Shown piece after piece: positions 26,085-37,033 of a stretch of 64,000 nucleotides of DNA. The stretch is taken from positions 10,726,001-10,790,000 of the forward strand of contig CM074520.1 of the NCBI GenBank assembly GCA_037379345.1, in the 5' to 3' direction. The DNA comes from Perna viridis (taxonomy: Eukaryota). Below the pieces are notes generated by a model. It had not been told where the DNA came from and made no database searches. It saw only the letters and a list, made by a program, of their open reading frames with translations. Each line of letters starts with the position of its first letter. The first letter of the stretch is position 1. The position numbers were made by a program, and so were the translations under genes.

Positions 26085-26881
26085 AAGAAAAACAATGATC
26101 CGAGATGAGCAAGAAGAAATTGCTTTAAATTAATAACAACTTTTATTTCTACTGGTACTTTTTTTTAAATACTGTTTTGTACTTAATTATTGTATTTACA
26201 TGTATTAATTATTTTAGGTTGTTTTACAGAAAAGAATCTGTGATAAACATTATTTTACACTTGTAAAGCCTAACTGTGTTATTTAAGTTAATTAACTTAG
26301 AAGATGTAAAAACTTCAACAATTATTGTTTGCCAATTTTTTTATGTCCCAGAGAAGACTAGTGGTATCAAGTTGTAACCTATTTGTACATACACATAATT
26401 GTATGCTTTTTTTACAGTAGTTTACTAATGCCATAACTTGCATAATTTATCATTTTAAGTCTGAATATTTCTAATCTTTCCCAAAAAAACACAATGCATA
26501 TTACAATAAACGATAAAAAATTCAATTTTGTTCATTTTTACCCATACTTTAAAGAAATGATTGTGTTTATATACTACTTGTATATGCTCACCTAACCTGC
26601 AATGACAAGAAAGGTCATTTGAGCTATTGCTATCATTTGTACACTATCCTCTCCAAATATTGCACAAATCATGATCACTGACCAATGGACATATAGAGAG
26701 TGACTACAAATAAAACATGGCTGTCAAAAAGTTTTTGGCTTTTAACTCGAAAAATATTATAGACAGAGGAAAACGTAAGGTAATGTACTCCTTCAGCTTG
26801 ATGGGCTCTACAAAACTATCCATTGGATGGCCCCTTGAAGGAGTTATTTCCACTTAATTGTCAAAATGGGCAATTTTACAG

Positions 26882-28687
26882 TTTTTAGCTAACCTGAAGA
26901 GTCGAATGAGCTTTTGTCATCATTTGGAGCACGTCTGTCAAAAAACATGGCTGCCGTTGCAAAAAATAGAACATAGGAGTCAAAAAGCAGGTTTTGCAAA
27001 TAACTCAAAAATGGTTAGGTTTAGCCAAATTCTGGCAAATGGCAATTATGATATCTACCATTAAACAAATTTTTGTAAAAATCTAATAACCAATGTTGGA
27101 GTTATTGCCCTTTATGACATTTTTTTTTGCTTTTTTTGACTGTTTCAAAAAAATCAAAAAAATTCATAAAATCTTGTCTTAAACCACTTTGCCAAATACA
27201 ACCAAACTTGGTGTGATTGTTCTTTAGGGTGTCTTTAAAAAATTGTCGTTTGAATTTTGATTGGTCGAAAAACATGGCCACAGTTACGGTGTACAAAATT
27301 ATCATTCACATTTTTTATTTGTCTAAAGAGATGGCCACCATTACTAAAAATAAAACATAGAGGTCAAAAAGCAGTTTTTTGGAAATAACTCAAAAATGGT
27401 AAGGTTTAGCCAAATTCTGGAATAGGTTAAAATGATCAGAATTATGAGATCTGCCAGGAGACAAATTCTCCTAAAAATCTAATAACTGATGTTGGCGTTA
27501 TTGTCCTTTTTTGACATTTGTTTTTTTTGTTTTTTTGTTTTTGTTATTTAGACTAAAAACTCTTCTCTTCTTAAACCACCTGGCCAAATGCAGATAGAGA
27601 AACTTAAATATCCAGCTCATTTAGCCCTAAAAAAATTTATGGTCCAAGATACCAGATGACCTCTTATTTGAGTTATTGTCTTGTAAAGGTTGAAAGTTGT
27701 GATTTTGTCTTAAAAAATGGAAGCTAAGCATATTATTATTGGATAACTGTTTAGCAGATAGAGCTCTACAAACAACTCCACGAATATAGGTCTTGCAGTT
27801 TCTGTCATTTTTTAGCAAACATGAACCGAAGGCCCATGTGAACTATTGCTATCACATAGTTCTGTCATCGTCTGTTAACAATTTTTCAAAAATCTTCTCT
27901 AAAACTACTGAACTGAATTTAATGAAACTTGGTATGATTATTCCTTAGTGTGTTCTACACAAAGTTTGTGTTTCGTTTTTAAATCCATCTTTAAGGGCTT
28001 ATCACTCTGAAAGTATAAGAGATAGAAAATAACCAAAGGATCTTAGGCTCTTCAGAATCATTGAGCTCTACAAAAGTCTCCATTGGGTCGAAGTGGTCAG
28101 ATGACCCCTAATAGGGGTTACAGCCCTTTAAAGGTGAAAAAAGTTTTTTTTCATCTTTTTAGCCAATAGAATGAAATCTATTGCAGATAGAGAAAAGCTG
28201 TTGTTGCTTTAACATTTAGCTCATTGAGCTCTACAAAAATCTTCATTAGCTTGGAGTTGTCAGATAACCCCTTATAGGGGTTACGCCCCTTAAAGGGGAA
28301 AATAGTGTTTTTTCATGTTTTTGCATATGGAATGAAAACTATTGCAGATAGAGAAAAGCTGTTCTTGATTAAACCTGCTCATTGAGCTCTACAAAAGTCC
28401 CCATGGGTTGAAGCTCTCAGATGACCTCTTAAAGGCAGCGAAAAGGTTTTTTTCATGTTTTTTGGCCTATGGAATGAATTAATACTTGTGCAGATAAAGA
28501 AAGTTGCGGCTTGCTTCCTTAAACCTTCAGCTCATTGAGCTCTATTTGTTAAAAAATGCCTATAACGACCCAAAAAGATACTCATATAGACAGCTTAATA
28601 CCAGGGGAGCGATTCCGTCTCCTTGGGAGCCCTGTGTTCGCTGGTATAGGTGGGTGAGCGATGCAGGCTCCTGGGAACCTCGAGTTT
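26882..28687 (+). mobile_element. Helentron/HINE-like element(s) with ~160-bp satellite array (28010-28545)
   Basis: TTTTAGCTAACCTG...; 3' GGTGAGCGATGCAGGCTCCTGGGAACCT; repeated TTGAGCTCTACAAAAG...CAGATGACCCC at ~160-bp spacing. Confidence 0.7.
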
Positions 28688-29637
28688 ACAAAAAAAATCC
28701 AGAAACCATAATAGTAAGGTCACAAGCTAGCATTGCAAAATTGATCCTAATTGTGCTGTACTAAAAAGACATCATGGTCAAAATTGTCATACGCCCAGTT
28801 TTTGTTGTAGTTATGTTACCTTAACCCATTTTAATTACCCCCTCTTTGAAAACAGGGGACATAGTGGTGGGGCTGTTTGTTCGTTCGTAACTCAAGGAGG
28901 TACACATCTTATCTACAGCTCCTCATACATCACTGCTTGGAATTTAATGAAACTGTCAATCTTTATTACATATTTCACATATGTGTCGAAGCCAGGACAT
29001 TATGTGTCGATTTACATGAAGGTATTTTATTGCTCTCCAATATCATTCAGGGGAGATCATTCGACTTACAATTTACATTACATACTGCATATAGGATATT
29101 GTAAGCACAACTTTTCCTTAACCGTTTCTGGAAATTGATGAAACTACATGAAAAGGAAGGAAATCATTTGCAGATTTGCATGAAGAAATTTAATTGCTCT
29201 TGGATTTCATTCAGGGGAGATACTTGGACTAAAGCGCAACTCCGTCTACAACATTTCATGGAATTTGATAAAAATATACGTCTCTGGTCACCTTCAATAC
29301 ATTTTCGAAATTAATGATTTAGATTGTGAATTGAGTTCATTTTTTCTACAACTATAATTCATGGTAGTATGATATTTAGACAGTAGATTCATCACAGTTG
29401 TAAAGAATTAGGTCGTAGACCTATCTTTTCCTGATGGAGACTTCCATTGGGTTTAAACCTTTTACATTAAAATTTTTCAGCAACCACAAGTATAAGAGAT
29501 ATGGCATTTGGTCCGTGGACACATCGGTAGTATTAACTTCGGTAGTAACACAAGTTAAGCAACATTTGCATATTATACAGGAACTACACCTTTCATTTTT
29601 TATTTAAGAAATAATTCATTGAATGGTAAATTACATG

Positions 29638-29887
29638 TATGGCACGCCATGGTTATTGTCAGAAGTATAGCTTAAATATAATATATGTACACAATTTTGA
29701 GTGATTTTCAGTTTTGAGTATTTTAAAATTTTAAGTATGTAATGTACGTTTTTGAGTATGTAATTTGTAAAATTTTAAGTGTACATTTTAACTTTGAGTG
29801 TGCAATTTCAAATTTTGAGTGTTGAATTTCATTTTTGAGTGTGTAATTAGATTGTTGTCATACGTTTGACTGAAACGGCGTGCCATA
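29638..29887. mobile_element. 250-bp mini-element with TATGGCACGCC TIRs and internal ~21-bp repeats
   Basis: TATGGCACGCC ... GGCGTGCCATA; internal AATTTTGAGTG repeats; no clear TSD. Confidence 0.55.
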
Positions 29888-29973
29888 GTATATATATGGG
29901 ATAAACACTTTATGTTGAATGTTTTTGAGAGAAAAAATATGATTGAGATTCGTCATAAGTGATTAGTTATGAT

Positions 29974-31549
29974 ACAAGAGACTCCCAGGAGTCTGAATCG
30001 CTCACCTGACTTTATTAGCTATGTATAATATGTAAATGATAATGGTCATTTCCCACCTTTAGAGTTGTTGTAGAGCTCACATAGCTGTGCATTAAGCAAA
30101 CTAAAGCTTTACCTACCTTTTTCACAATCTACCATAAAATGGCTGATTTTTTATGGTTAACGAGCCATAACTCGTGTTAGCAGTCATCTGACAATTTCGA
30201 ATAAATGGTAAAAAGAGTTATTTTTATATGTTTAAGGGGCCATAACACCAATAAGAAGTGATCTGACAAAGCCGAACAATAGACAATTCTGCAATCTAAT
30301 TAAAATTAGATTCCACACTCAGCTCCCACTTTTTCTCTGTCACTACGTGGGTCATCTAACGACATCTCATTAGGGGTCATGTTCTATTACTTTTGGCCAA
30401 TAAAAAAGAGCGTACATGATTGCACTGGCGGTATGGATGTATTAGAAATGTTCCGAATTTGACCTTAGACATAACCCCTAATAGGATGTTGTTATATCTC
30501 CCAGGCAGCGACATAGAAAAAAAGGGGGAGCGGAGTGAGAGATCTAATTTTAATTAGATTGATAATTTTGTAGAGTTCAATTAGCTGCATATTTCAGCAA
30601 GCAAAAGTTATTCCCTATCTTCTATGGTTCACAATGTACAAGGCAAAATGACTATTTTTGACTTTAGGGGGCCATAACTCCTATAAGGAGTCATCTAACA
30701 ATTTTGAACCAAGGACAAATTTGTAGAGCTCAATTAGCTTTACATTTAACATTTAAGCAAGCAAAATCTTTCTCTATCTTCTGTGGTTCTTTATCTATAA
30801 GGCAAAAACCAGTATTTTTGACGTTTAAGAGGCTAAATCTCTATAAGGGTGTCATCTGAAAAATTCGATTCAATTAACAATTTTGTATAACTCAAATAGC
30901 TGAACATTTAAGCAAGCAAAAGCTTTTAACCTTCTCCTATGGTTTAAAATCTATATGGCAAAAACAACTATTTTCGACGTTTAAGGGGTCAGAACTCCTA
31001 CAAGGGGTCATCTGACAACTTTGACCCAATGTAGACTTTTGTAGAGCTTTACGAGCTAATCATTTAAGCAAGCAACAGCCTTTCTGTATGTTCAATAGCT
31101 TCCTTTTTTTCTTAAACCACGAAAAAACCGTATTTTTACCATAAATGGCCATAACCCTGATAAGGGGTCATCTGACAACTTCGACCCAATGAAGACTTTT
31201 GTAGAGCTTAATGAGCTGGACATTTAAGCAAGCAACAGCTTTTCTGTATCTTCAATAGTTTTCATTCTATAGAGCACAAACATACAAAAACGCAATTTTT
31301 GACTTTAAAGGGCCATAAACCCTATTAGGGGTCATTTGACAGCTTCGACCCAATGAAGACTTTTGTAGAGCTTTTGATGCCTAAGAAGGAAGATTGCATA
31401 AGATTTTCTCCATCTCTTAGCCATGGCTTGCATTTGGCCCAGCATTTTAAGCGGAGAAGATTTTTGAAAAGTTGAACTGACGGATGGACAGACGATTGAC
31501 ACCAAGTGTGGACAATAGCTCACATGACTCTTTGGATCAGGTGAGCTAA
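29974..31549 (-). mobile_element. Helentron/HINE-like element with ~160-bp satellite array (~30090-31380)
   Basis: Ends GAATCGCTCACCTG / CAGGTGAGCTAA; repeated GGGGTCATCTGACAA...TTTTGTAGAGCT units, the reverse complement of the 28-kb array. Confidence 0.75.
30292..30561. mobile_element. MITE with ~35-bp TIRs inserted in a satellite monomer (possible 9-bp TSD)
   Basis: CAATCTAATTAAAATTAGAT... / ...ATCTAATTTTAATTAGATTG; flanks ACAATTCTG / ATAATTTTG. Confidence 0.65.
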
Positions 31550-32311
31550 TAATCTACATTTATTTATAGCCGGCCATTTTTACTCGTTCCATTACTGAAT
31601 CTAAAATGCATCATTTGAATATTGATGAAAAATTATTTCTTTAAAAGGAAAAAAGCATGCAAAATCGTGTATGCTTTTTCCATCGGTAATAATATGTTGA
31701 TCAATCAAAAACTCTTCGTTATAACTGCACGCACTATACATCAATGGTCCCTGATTCTATTTTGGTACCAGAGGTGAAGAAAAGAAAGGATTTATGTCAT
31801 ACAAAATAATGTTAAAAGTAAATAATTTTTTTCGCACTCTGCGCGAAAATAATTCTATCCAGACCAAAAAACAACCCCACTTTTCAAGTCACATAGTCGG
31901 CCCCTTAGAAACAGGTTTACCATCCTACCTTATATCATCATTTTTCATGCATTGTTATTAATCACCCCTTTCATGTTAATCTACAAGATGTAGCCGAAAT
32001 GCACTGTTAGGGAGTAAAGCAATAACTAAGCTTTGAATTCCTAATTATTATTTTTTAAAATGTCGTAAATTTAACACTAATAGTTAAATACTTTAAGAAT
32101 ATTTATTAGAATAAACTAATCAACCAATCACGTTTTTTTCTGAAAACAAAGAATTATCAGACATGACAAAACAATATGCATTTGTAAACGCTTATATAAT
32201 AATTCTGACAACGACATCATCTAAAATCAAGCAGCGATGCCATTGATAAATTCTTTTAATGAATATCATTTTGCGGATGCAAGTAAAATAACAGTTCTTT
32301 GAAAAAACGTT

Positions 32312-33536
32312 TTACTGAATGTTATCCCTTACGTAACTGATTATTTCATAATAAAGTAGAGCCGCTTCATCAATGGAATTCGGCGGGTATGACAGTCCTC
32401 GTTGACGAATGATATAATTTGCTAACCACTCAAATTCTTGACACACCCCGTGCTCTTTGGGTCGTTGGCAATATTCATTCTGAAGTATGTCAGCGTTTCC
32501 TTGAAGTATCATCTTCTGATTCACAGTTCCAAAAGTTTCAGGTTGAAAATATAGAACATCAGGTTTTCCAAAGGGGCCGTTGCTTCTAGGGTTGTATCTA
32601 ATAGGATGCTCATTCTACTGACGCACAACAGACACTAAATCTAGATTTATTTAATGCAAGAAGCAATACCGGATGCACTCCAGGTGCAAATTATCTGATG
32701 TGTCTAAAGAACCATCATCTGTCATCAGTTTAAAAAAATCCATCCATGTATCACCACACATCCTTGTAAGATCTCTCCAAAACCGCTCGATCCTGGTATT
32801 TCTTGTTGAAGAGCCATATCTATAACTTGACAAACCCTGATACTGGTCATTATGGTTCCATCTAAGAGTGTATTGTAGATCCCTAGTAATTGAGTTTTCT
32901 GTTCCTCTGTCGCTATATACCAAAACTGGTACCCCATTTATTTCTCTGATGTAGTTTAGATAAAAGAATGGGACGTAATGAGGGTTTTTGTTCGAATCAC
33001 ACGCTCTAAGCCAAATAATTCTTCTAGAAAATCCATCTATAGCGGCATGTATTGACACACCGTACGGTTTCAACTTGTCCCCGCCATCCATGTGAATTGC
33101 GAAATTCGGACCTGGATTACTATAAATACGACGTCGAATTGAACGACGACTTCTCTGCGCAACACCTTGCCTATCCAAGACACAAAGTACCTGACGTACA
33201 GTTTCGGCAGTGACTGTTAAATGGTGCGTTGGTTGTAAACGCCTTCGCATCAGGCGATAACCAATATGTTGATCCTGACGAGCCAACTCGTGAGAAACAG
33301 CTAGAATAATATCTGCAAGAGGAGATTCATTGCCCCTCCAAAGTAGATTCATGCCGCGTAATATACGATGAACTTGTCTTTCGCTGATGGGACTATCATG
33401 TCGAAGAGTCATAAAACCTATTATTTCTCTTATTCCGTAACCATTCTGATAGTATATTCCAATCAATTCGTTTCTGCTTAACCTTTGGCTTGCAATTTGC
33501 TGGTCACTGAGGTTTGCAGGAGTATAAAGACCCGTT
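32312..33536 (-). pseudogene. DDE integrase-core transposase (main exon), two in-frame stops
   Basis: ORF 32651-33466 has HTH-like N-terminal part, GYRLMRRRL, YSNPGPNFAIHMDGGDKLKPYG..IHAAIDGFSRRIIWL, SDRGTEN and STRNTRIERFW (D, D, E catalytic motifs). The frame continues past TAA (32651) and TAG (..VRQ*NEHPIR, expected WNxHxIR) into ORF 32312-32524. Splice acceptor ttacag at 33537; upstream exon not identified. Confidence 0.9.
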
Positions 33537-34329
33537 CTGTAAATGAAATATGTTGTATAATTGACTATATCATTAATCTATGATGTACATAAATTTCAAA
33601 TATTCTCTCAGACTAATAAGATTTTGAACAAATAAAAAGAAATGTGTCCATAGTGACAATAAGTTACTGTCAAACGGATGTAAGAAAAAGTCGCTTAAAG
33701 TAGTTGCTTTCGGAATATGAAAAGAATACTGAGTAGATGTTCATGGGCAAAATATTTTACAGATTTTGGAATGGAAAAAGGCAGAAGAGCTGGCATATCC
33801 GTTTGACAATGTCTGAGAAATCAAAGATGGCAACTTTCTTAAGCATACAATACATTTAGAAAAAATGTGTAAAACTAAATCCTCCCAACCCAGGAAGATG
33901 AAGTGGCCATGGCAAATTAATATTTCAGGAAAATATATACCAGTATATCTGAATCATTACGTAATTTCCACAATAAACCTTACAATTTATTTTGCTAAAA
34001 ATTAAATCAACATAACTGGAAAGTAATAGATAATAACGAGATGTGGAATAAATTTACATCACAACGAGAATTTAAAAAAAAGCTGCCATGTAAAAAGCCA
34101 AAAGCCTACAACGTATATATAGACCAGCGATCCCTTGCGTGCGGTTTTGAAGTTGTTCGAGTTAACTAAAATACATTTTACTTTTTAGTTCTATGGCCTT
34201 TTTTCAAATCTATGGTTACAGTAGTTTTTCAGTGAAGTGTCAGCACACAATAAATCTTAAGCTTGAAATATTCATAAATTCTAATTCTTTTTAAGGATTT
34301 TTAGTACAAAATTAAAATCGAAATTGGCC

Positions 34330-34735
34330 AAAGTAACCAAATACCCGATATATTTGTACTCCAGGGTAAGAAATGGAGATCACCAATGTAATACAGTTGA
34401 AGATAAGTATCAATTTTTATTGTTATGTAAATGTAACTCAACAATCAGAGATAATTTCTTAGAAAAATTCAAACATTTTCGAAGAATTGTTCACCTTATA
34501 GGTACACTTGATGTAATATTATGCCCATCAACGCCATCACAAGTAAATAATCTAGTTCCTTCATTAAAACGTCTTTAGCACTAAGGACAGGGGATTCGCA
34601 GACATTTACTTGTTAACACCGATTTACTATGTTAATGCATGTAACTGAAATATTGTATATATTTTATGTATAGTACAATTTGAATGTATTTTTGTCACAA
34701 TCACTTTTTGTTTAATAAAGTTTTGATTGGTTGAT
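34330..34735 (+). mobile_element. LINE 3'-end fragment (CR1-like)
   Basis: C..VEDKYQFLLLC..N..IRD motif followed by AATAAA and a (TTGA)-like tail. Confidence 0.5.
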
Positions 34736-35893
34736 GAAAATGTATAGAAAATCCATATCATTCCTTAGGGCATGATGTGGATTTCTATTGAAAACGTTTT
34801 GTACATCCATCTCTTACCATGAAGGGGCTGTTATATGGCATTCGTATTACACCCCTTGGGTATATCGTTCTTCGACCACTACCAATATCATATATGCAAA
34901 ATAAAACATATCTTTACCAAGTATATGATTATACTGGTTACCGGCCTCTTCAGAGGATATTTTTTACTTTACAAGTATATGATACACAAATAATTACATG
35001 ACACCTTTAGCCAACCCTTATATTATCCCTCTGTGATGATAAAAGGTATGATGTTAACACTGCCATATGCCATATTTTTTAAAGTAAGATTTACTAAAAT
35101 ATATTTTGCCGTTTTCGTCAAAGCAGGAAAGACGAAGCCCACGCCACCAGGCAATATATAAAGTTTTGAGACTGATATTTTTTGCATATACCCCTCCATC
35201 ACATTAGATATCTGTTCAATATACAAGAACATTTTCCCTTGGTACCTTGAATTGCATGTAAGTGTTATATTACCCTCCGCCCACGTCGTTGGGCAATTTA
35301 ACAAACATGCAATTCAAGGTACCTCTTGAAAATATTCATGTATATTGACAATAACATGGGATATTTGTATAATAAATATTTCAAAGAGCAATACACACCG
35401 TGTTTTAAGTCACCAATCAATAAATGACAGTAAAATCTAGCTACATTTGACACGCGGAAACTGATGATAGAAGAGTAAATTGCCTGCATACTTTCTTTTT
35501 TTGGGGGAGGGGGGGGGGGGGCGCAGCTGTAATATATTTGTTGCCCTGTTTTAATTTTCCACATGCATTTCTTAGCTAAGCTTACCTGATTTGAAGCCCT
35601 CCAAATATTGTGCAGAGTGGTCCTATCTGCTTTATTAATATTATAAAATACAAAGAGCTCCCTTTCTCCGACGCTAGTCCGTGTGCCTCCTCGGTCCACG
35701 TGTAGTATAAAATTACTTAAATGACTGGTTGGTCAAATGCCATGTTAACATGTGATAATTTTATAATAAATGATTTAGTTTGTCGATTGGCCACATAATT
35801 ATGTCGACATGTTTTGACAATACATGTATAAAACAATGAAGTCAACTTCTTTCGATTATTATCTCGATAATACAACTTGATGAAGTTGATATA

Positions 35894-36154
35894 ATTATCT
35901 GGACAACGCAACTTCACGATGACAGCTACGAGCAACATCTCGACCTCAGGATGAGAATTTAAGATATTTGATGTCGACTTGTCGAGAAAAATATGTCGAC
36001 TTGTTAAGATATTTTTCGTGACAAATCGACATAAAAATGGCGTTAAGTCGACTTTCCAAGAAAATTAAGTCGACTTGTCGAAATAATTATGTCGACATGT
36101 TTCGATAATTATCTCGACAGCTCAACATCTTGATGGCAGAAATAAGCCTCCATA
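35894..36154 (-). repeat. Right terminal inverted repeat (~261 bp; weaker similarity to ~35790)
   Basis: Reverse complement of 13262-13522; followed by TSD GTAAGA. Confidence 0.95.
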
Positions 36155-36160
36155 GTAAGA

Positions 36161-37033
36161 AAAATCTTGTAAAGGCACAAAATATCTAAGCTTAAACACT
36201 AGTTAATATCTGTAAGGTTTTGTAATGGTTTATATAACGATAAGGCATAAAACACATCTTTCCAAAACAGATTTTTAATATTTTTTATAATTCTAATAAC
36301 GTCCCCTTTTGTAAAGAGAAGGCTCTCATCCCCCATAGTCTTTCAATTCATTATTAAGCAAACTTTGCAACTCTCCTGTTTTTTGTAAAAAGAGTCTTCT
36401 CACCCACCCAATTTTAAATACATAATAAAAGAATATATATGGACCATCTTTAATCCCCCATCTTCTATGTTAGTTTTACGTTTTATCTTTTCTGTTTTTC
36501 CATCCCATATAAAACTGTAAAACATTCTATCCAAGTCATTAATGTATGTTCGATGGCAAACAACCAGTTACGACATATCATTATACCCGTCCTGCACTAC
36601 ATTCCAGTCTCCACAGAATATATAGATTGTATAGTTGAATTTAACACCATGAAACAGAACTTCATCGAACAGGTCAGGTCTATCTAAATTATAACCATAC
36701 AAACATACAGAAGTAAATCTGTGCTCAAAGATAGTTATATCTAATATGATATATCTACCATGTTGATCAATGATTGAATTATGGACGTCATATTGAAGAC
36801 CTGGCTCGAACATAATACATACATCGGCACTCTTACCATCATCATGACTGAAATAACACTAATGACCCCACTCATTTTCCCACTTCTTTTCTACCACCTC
36901 AGTGCTATAGGTTTCGTGTAAACAAATAATGGATGCATTTTTGCTTTTAACCAATTAAAATGTCTACTCTCTTCTTAATATTTGATTGTAAGCCTCTTAT
37001 ATTTATTGATAATATTTCTACACAACTACTCAT
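36161..37033 (-). mobile_element. L1/Tx1-clade LINE ORF2 5' portion (APE endonuclease, internal deletion, post-RT region), degenerate
   Basis: ATG at 37033: MSSCVEILSINIRGLQ..., IICLHET, DQHGRYII, IFCGDWN. It then jumps (~36560) to FIWDGK...GGL post-RT motifs and continues in frame into 13255. Confidence 0.85.

Larger units (their letters stand above)
13262..36154. mobile_element. 22.9-kb DNA transposon, IS3EU-like (DDE integrase, TAY..RTA termini, 6-bp TSD), probably inactive copy
   Basis: The left end TATGGAGGCTTATTTCTGCCATCAAGATG (13262) is the exact reverse complement of the right end CATCTTGATGGCAGAAATAAGCCTCCATA (36154). GTAAGA is duplicated at 13256-13261 and 36155-36160. There is an internal integrase ORF, and the element interrupts a LINE ORF2. 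The IS3EU assignment rests on terminus, TSD length and transposase type. Confidence 0.9.

Noticed and set aside
32651-33466. Bacterial IS3 contamination or LTR retrotransposon integrase
   Set aside because: It has a spliceosomal acceptor upstream and sits among animal repeats, with no gag/RT/RNase H and no direct LTRs.
35241-35324. 18-bp inverted repeat GGTACCTTGAATTGCATG as a regulatory hairpin
   Set aside because: Most likely part of a small palindromic repeat relic; no evidence for function.
35717-35938. ORF as first transposase exon
   Set aside because: Mostly translated TIR/subterminal repeat; the ATGGCATTT..TAA|GT candidate hits a stop and does not give the needed phase.
13262-36154. 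Polinton/Maverick (large TIRs, 6-bp TSD, integrase)
   Set aside because: No protein-primed PolB, packaging ATPase, capsid or protease ORFs; termini are TATGG rather than AG-repeat; genes are intron-rich.
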